DNA of 59,988 nucleotides, the filler included, from Sanchytrium tribonematis (taxonomy: Eukaryota), in the NCBI GenBank assembly GCA_018985235.1. It is 6 parts of 6 records of this genome, joined end to end, with 100 filler letters (N's around TTAATTAATTAA, not from the genome) between each part and the next. Parts side by side here need not be neighbours in the genome. Positions count along the whole stretch, not along the records: positions 54,015 to 59,988 come from JADGIG010000563.1; 5 more parts are not named here. One strand, 5' to 3'. Of the stretch, positions 54,281 to 59,988 are shown piece after piece; positions within the stretch are counted from its first letter, which is position 1, and each line of letters opens with the position of its first letter. Under the pieces are notes generated by a model that was not told the origin of the DNA, did no database searches, and saw only the letters and a list, made by a program, of their open reading frames with translations. The translations under genes and the position numbers were made by a program.

Positions 54281-57179
54281 ATGCAACGACCAAATCGACC
54301 TTCTGATCAATTTAAGCCTAGACCTCAAGCACACTCAAGACCTGTACAACGAGCTGCCAGCGGCGCACAGCCTCAGCCAAGGCCCTTAGGGTTTGATAAT
54401 TCAAGAAGGCCTCCATCTAGCAACTTTGCTTCGAATGGAGGCTATCGTCCAACAGTGCAAAATGCCCCAGCTTTGCCAAATAATGCTCCTACTGGAACTC
54501 CACCGTTTACAAATCGTTCTGGAATACAGAGTTTTAGCAATCCTGTCGCTCGCCCTCAAGTTAATAATAATCCAGGAAGTCAGTTTTCAAGTACAAATGC
54601 ATCGCCATATTACCCAGGGACTCAGCAACAGCTCCCTTCTCCAATCAATCCTGTTAATCAGTCTCGTAAAATTGATCCAACTCAGGTACCATCTCCTTTA
54701 ATTGTGGAAAGTTTAGATAGTAGAGATGAATTTATATCTACTTTAGATCCAAAACAGCAACATTCTATTAACCCCGTTAATACAGACAGGTCTAATACTA
54801 TTCCATTGACTACTACCATTTGCCATATGTCAGATCAAGGAAATTGCATCCCTCGATTTATGAGAAGCACAACAAATATTCCAATCAGTGATGAATTTCG
54901 AAATGTCTGCAATTTGCCTTTTGGCGTCGTTGTCCATCCTTTGGTCGACTCTGAATATGATGAGGACGTTCCTTATGTGGATACGACTAAGTTTGGTGGA
55001 CCAATACGTTGCTCAAACTGCAGAGCATACATCTGTCCGAGAATGACTTTTGTTAACGGAGGTAAAGCATTTGTTTGTGGATTTTGCTTATCCCAAACAG
55101 AAACCCCTACACCTTATTTTTGTAATTTGGATATGAATCATGTTCGAATGGACATAGCAGAGCGGCCGGAACTTTGGAAAGGAACTGTAGATTTATCAGT
55201 TAGCGACGAATATATCGGTGATAGTGCTCCCTTGCCCTTAGCTATACTTTTTGCAATAGATACCAGTGTTCATTCTTGTAAAAATGGTCTTTTAGGTGCA
55301 GTTTGTGCAACACTTATTAGGGTTCTATATGGTTCCAAAGCTATAAATGTATCTGAAATTAATGACGCAGAGGAGGTATATGTAGAAGGGATGATGAACG
55401 GAGGGATTGATCCAGAGCTTATAGATGGACAAGAAGGAGATGGAATTGTTGGTAACATGAATTTCCAACTACCACCCGGTGCTAAAATTGGTTTTTTAAC
55501 TTTTGATTCTAATGTGACCTTCTATGCTCCTGCTTCTGGTAAATTGAGTGCATTTGTTGTGTCAGATACGTTAGATGTATTTAATCCAACGTCAGACATC
55601 TGGTTGGATCCAGGTAAAGATCAGAAGCAAATACTGGATTTTTTGAATAGCTTACCAAAATTATTCAGTTTTGATAATGGGTCCTCCTCTTTCTCGTGTG
55701 TTGCCGCAGCCATCCAAGCGGCATCTTCTGCACTTTATGAAAGAGAAAAGGCCGGAGGTAAGATTGTTTTGTTTCATACAATAATTCCCAATTCTGGCCC
55801 GGGTTGCTTGAAAACTAGAGACCACCAAGGAAAGTTGGACTCTGATAAAAAAAATCCATTACTTCTACCTCCTGATGACGGGTTTTGGCAAAATCTAGCG
55901 AAAGAAGTAGTTAAAAGAAATGTTGTATTTGATTTGTTTTCCTTCCCATCGGCTTATATTGACCTAGCTACTCTTGGTCATGTGTCGTCAAAAACTGGGG
56001 GAGAAACTAACTTTTTCCCGGGATTCAATCCTTCGGACATTTTTTGGCTTTTTAGCGTTCTCCATCGAAATTTAACGAGACCTTTTGGCTACCAAGGATT
56101 TATTCGTGTTAGAGCTAGCAAGGGAATTTCAGTACGAAATTACATGGGTTCAATCCATACGGATGATGATGTGGAAGCTAGGGTTTGTGGTATTGACTCA
56201 GACAAAAGCATCGCCGTTCTTTTGTCACATTCTTCTAAGTTGGATGACAAGCTTCCAGTCTACATTCAATGTGCCTTATTGTATACCTCGGCAAATGGGA
56301 CTCGGAAAGTCAGGGTACAAACTTTAGCTGTCAATGTTGAGTCATCTGCCTCTTCGTTATTTAAGCATTCGGACTGTGACACTTCTATATCTGTAATGGC
56401 CAAATTTTCCGTATATAATGTGTTTAACTCCTCCTTGAAAGAAGTAAGGGAGCAAGTGACTGATAAAGCCGCTCAATGTCTAGCGTCATATCGTAAAAAT
56501 TGTGCTCCAAGCTCTCCTCCGGGACAATTGATTTTGCCAGAAAGTTTGAAATTGTTGCCTCTTTATGCCCTAAATATTTTAAAATCAAAGTCATTTTCAA
56601 CTTCCAATGTCCCAATAGATTTTCGTGTCGAAAATATGAGATTTATGCTTTCAGCAAGTACAGAGATCCTGATTCCTTATTTATACCCGCATGTTTATAG
56701 AATACATGATATGGAGAGCAAGGTTGGTAATTTTGATCAAAAAGGGCACCTTATTTTGCCGCAAAGAATCCGATCTTCCATGGAAAATTTTGATCAAAAC
56801 GGAGCCTATTTAATAGAAAATGGTCAAAGAATTTTTTTATGGGTAGGTAGAAATATTAATACGGGAATTTTAAGTCAACTTATTGGCTTATCTAGCATTG
56901 ATCAAATTGATCCAATGCACCATTTTGTTAAAAAAACAAACTCTCTGTCCAACAAACAACTCCGTACTTTAATCGGGTCTATATATCGAAAATATAGAAA
57001 ATATATGCCGATCTATATTGTAAGAAGTCAAGTTGACCCACTTGAAAATGAAGTGAAAAACTTGATGTATGAAGACAAATCCTTTGATGGGCCTTCTTAT
57101 GTTGATTTTTTAATCAGTCTCCACAGAATAGTGCAGCAAGAAGTACATTTCGTTAATTTAGTTAAAAGGAAGTAGCTAA
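54281..57179 (+). CDS. SEC24: COPII Sec24C/D-like (Sfb3-type) subunit; probable last exon 57162-57179
   Basis: DQGNCIPRFMRST, zinc finger RCSNCRAY..CGFC, GQLILPESLKLLPLY, SYVDFL..LH. Confidence 0.93.
57143..57161 (+). other. 19-nt spliceosomal intron (predicted)
   Basis: GTACATTTCGTTAATTTAG matches the consensus; gives QQE|LKGSS*. Confidence 0.7.
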
Positions 57180-57338
57180 TTCAGCCTCATACTTTCTCAA
57201 CGTCTCTTTCCAAATCAATAAAATTTAATAATTTTTAACAATTGCAAAAAGCCGCGAATATCTTTAAAAGATGTAAGTGAAATAAAATGCCATCGAGAGA
57301 TTTTTAATTTTTACAAATATACCCAACCCCCTAAAACT

Positions 57339-59120
57339 ATGGACAATTTTTTTGATCAATTAGAAAATGAATTACAAGATTTGATGATAGACAATAATCC
57401 AGCAGCAAAAGATCTCGATATCGTTACAAAAAATAGACGGGACCCTTCAAAATTTGATCAGTTTATTTCCAAGGGTGAGGACGATTTGATGACACCAAAT
57501 GACAGTATAGAATTACTGCAGAAGGATCTTGATAATACCCTGGATATGCTTAATCAGCTAGATTCAGCCGAATTGGAAACAAAGCTTAGCTTTACTCCAC
57601 CCAAAAAGAAGCTCGCTGAAGATTGGTCAACCTTATTCCCCATTAGATCTATTCCAAATGGACTATATAAGCCACCTGAAAGCTTTTTTGAGGTAGTTAC
57701 AGAACTTCATGATCATATTCAAAAACTCGCACTAAAGATTTTTATTTACCATCCTCAAACGCATGCCAAATCACTTATAATAAACCAATATACAACAGCA
57801 CTGTGGATCATAAATCACGTCATCGAAAAATGTGTTCTTCCTTGGGATGGAATGATATCAGACGAAACCTATAGCTATAAAATTGTCGACCTTGGTTGGA
57901 CCCTAATAGAAATCAAAGATAACATATTCAAACCAATAATGCCTTATGATTTAATTTCAGAGACTATGTCCTCATGGCAAAAACAAGATGGAGATATTTG
58001 GATGATTCCCGTCCGACCTATCGAAATTCATAGCGATTTAAATTCGCTATTACAAGGATATCCTAAGATGTTGGGATTTTTAACAATAGAAATTATAACG
58101 AATCAAGACTTGAACGATTTAAAATCCCAAGATAAAATTAAAAAAAGGAAATCCATGTTTCGAACTCCTAGTAAAAGCAAGAAGGCGTACCGATATTACT
58201 GTAAAGTTGATATTGATGGATTTATGATTAACATGGAAAAAAACAATGACAAAAAATTTTTATGGAAAGATTATGATCTATATAGCCATGTAGCTGAATT
58301 AACTGGTGTTTTGCCTCAATTTTTACTAGAATCAGAAAGAACTCCTATTTCTGGAATGTCCAACGATTCGCCTAAAAAACCACAATTTACCTTCTTAAGA
58401 AAATCTGATTGCCAACTAGAATCAGATGCTGAAAAAATAATTTGTTATGTTGAAGGCGCGGAGAAACTTCGTGACTGGAGTATCAGTATAAGAAGTGCTG
58501 TGGCACAATGGGATGTTTATCAAAATCCTCAATGGTTTTGTGACCCAGGCAACATCAATTTTGATCCAAACTCAATCAGCACTCAAATCGTCACCTTAGA
58601 AGATGACTCTATTACAGTTCATGCAAAAGATTTCATTATAAAGAGATCTCTGGTCATGCTTTACAATAACTATGACAGACTTATGTCAGAAAAACAGCTA
58701 AAAAAGCAATCTAGAGGGCTTTCTAGCACTAAAGAAAAGCAGCTACACTCATCTAGTCCTGCATTAGGTCATTTTAGGATAAACCAAAGTCAGACCAGAA
58801 CAGAAACTGGTCCTAATCTAGGGCGATCTCCAAGTGTTGGTAATACTCTATATCACCAAGTAGACGATAAGTTACGTCAAAAATTAAAGGAGCAATATCC
58901 TGGCATAAATAATGAGGGACCATTTATCCAATTGAACTCAAATTTATCTCGTAGTGCTTCTAACAAATCCACAGAACCAATATGCCCACCTCTTATTCCC
59001 AATTCTACGTTGTACGATCAACTGGATCAGAAAAAAAAGAGACCATCATCCTTAAGCAGTGGAACTCTCTATGATGCGATTCAGAAGCACCAAGGTGACG
59101 AACCATATCACAAAATTTGA
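57339..59120 (+). CDS. Putative Ras-association plus PH domain adaptor
   Basis: LKIFIY...KSLII...W...E (RA-like); DYDLY...FTF...EKLRDWSISIRSA (PH-like). Confidence 0.55.
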   Translation: MDNFFDQLENELQDLMIDNNPAAKDLDIVTKNRRDPSKFDQFISKGEDDLMTPNDSIELLQKDLDNTLDMLNQLDSAELETKLSFTPPKKKLAEDWSTLFPIRSIPNGLYKPPESFFEVVTELHDHIQKLALKIFIYHPQTHAKSLIINQYTTALWIINHVIEKCVLPWDGMISDETYSYKIVDLGWTLIEIKDNIFKPIMPYDLISETMSSWQKQDGDIWMIPVRPIEIHSDLNSLLQGYPKMLGFLTIEIITNQDLNDLKSQDKIKKRKSMFRTPSKSKKAYRYYCKVDIDGFMINMEKNNDKKFLWKDYDLYSHVAELTGVLPQFLLESERTPISGMSNDSPKKPQFTFLRKSDCQLESDAEKIICYVEGAEKLRDWSISIRSAVAQWDVYQNPQWFCDPGNINFDPNSISTQIVTLEDDSITVHAKDFIIKRSLVMLYNNYDRLMSEKQLKKQSRGLSSTKEKQLHSSSPALGHFRINQSQTRTETGPNLGRSPSVGNTLYHQVDDKLRQKLKEQYPGINNEGPFIQLNSNLSRSASNKSTEPICPPLIPNSTLYDQLDQKKKRPSSLSSGTLYDAIQKHQGDEPYHKI

Positions 59121-59132
59121 AAGGGGAAGGAG

Positions 59133-59714
59133 ATGTTTGACTACCAGAAACCAAGTTTTTGGCAAGCTGTCTATTGCATTGTATTCAATCCTTTATTTTG
59201 GAATATAGTCGCGCGCAACGAGTACAGAAATAAGACTTTGTCTAAAGTACTTGGCCAAAGAAATGGTTGCTACGTCTTAGCAGTAACAATCTTTTCACTG
59301 GGCATCTATCGAGATATAAAATATCACCAAGCCATAGATGATCAAGCTAAATATTCAATACTACCTTTTCAACTTTTAGGTGGCGTTTGTTTTGCGATTG
59401 GCAACATTTTAGTGGCCACAAGTATGTATAAACTTGGCGTAACTGGCACATATTTGGGTGATTATTTTGGTATTCTTATGAGTGAAAAGGTTGTAGGGTT
59501 TCCATTTAGCATCACATCATCACCGATGTATGATGGGTCTACTCTAGTGTTTCTGGGTACTGCGTTGTGGTATGGAAGTAAGGTTGGTCTTTTATTAACA
59601 ATGCTGGTTTATATGTGTTATCAAATTGCACTCAGATTAGAGGATCCTTTTACGGCTGCAATATATGCCAAAAATGTTAAATCAACAAAAATGAATAATA
59701 AAAAACGAGATTGA
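59133..59714 (+). CDS. OPI3: Phospholipid N-methyltransferase
   Basis: FNPLFWNIVARNEY, LGVTGTYLGDYFGILM, GFPF...PMYDGST, EDPFTAAIY. Confidence 0.96.
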   Translation: MFDYQKPSFWQAVYCIVFNPLFWNIVARNEYRNKTLSKVLGQRNGCYVLAVTIFSLGIYRDIKYHQAIDDQAKYSILPFQLLGGVCFAIGNILVATSMYKLGVTGTYLGDYFGILMSEKVVGFPFSITSSPMYDGSTLVFLGTALWYGSKVGLLLTMLVYMCYQIALRLEDPFTAAIYAKNVKSTKMNNKKRD

Positions 59715-59727
59715 TTTTTTTGAAACT

Positions 59728-59988
59728 ATGTGCGATTGTCTGCACTCTGATACTCCGTTTGAACCGAACCAACATCAAAATTTGGTTCCTTATATTGATA
59801 TTGGTAATTGCAAGTTTCTGAACATTGTTGAAGACGGAGATTTAAGTAGAGTTTTTTCAAAAGAAAATGAAAGGCCTCTGCAGAGCGATGCTGACGATAC
59901 TGCTATTTTCCATATTCCTTTTAACGCCCCTGTGAAGATCTTTGAATTGCATCTGAATTTTACTAAAAATCAGTCCAAGCACGTATTG
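59728..59988 (+). CDS. PITH-domain protein, 3'-truncated
   Basis: NLVPYID...LN...LQSDADDTAIFHIPFNAPVKI; not in the ORF track because it has no stop. Confidence 0.8.
   Translation, partial: MCDCLHSDTPFEPNQHQNLVPYIDIGNCKFLNIVEDGDLSRVFSKENERPLQSDADDTAIFHIPFNAPVKIFELHLNFTKNQSKHVL

Noticed and set aside
1..59988. Stop-codon reassignment (TAA/TAG read as Gln) to explain split ORFs
   Set aside because: Conserved genes end at TAA, TAG or TGA at the expected C-termini, and the splits involve frame changes that 19-20 nt introns resolve exactly
1..59988. CRISPR arrays, rRNA or tRNA genes
   Set aside because: None recognised by eye; a covariance-model scan was not possible

Overview
AT-rich, extremely gene-dense eukaryotic DNA. 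The gene content (OPI3, MET22, TGL4-like, BRE1, plus IFT172 and a BK channel) points to a zoosporic fungus or close relative; this taxonomy is inference. The window is not one locus. It is six contigs (29.5 kb, then about 6 kb each in descending length) joined by artificial 100-nt N44-TTAATTAATTAA-N44 linkers. About 50 protein genes are separated by only tens of bases. Main observations: (1) Eleven tiny spliceosomal introns (ten of 19 nt, one of 20 nt) share the consensus GTA-N8/9-TNAYNWAG, with an invariant A six nt from the 3' end. There is one per gene, always in the 3' half. (2) An intact Crypton-like tyrosine recombinase lies tail-to-tail, 3 nt apart, with a minimal RuvC/A22-like Holliday-junction resolvase, a candidate two-gene mobile element. 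(3) An orientation-independent AGG(A/G)G / C(T/C)CCT motif sits just upstream of many start codons. (4) Other oddities are a fumarate reductase-cytochrome b5 reductase fusion, a bacterial-type secreted CHRD protein, a KR-repeat peptide precursor, a degenerate NYN protein with a duplicated C-terminal module, and mid-gene GC-skew flips. All protein calls are from motif recognition by eye; no database search was run.
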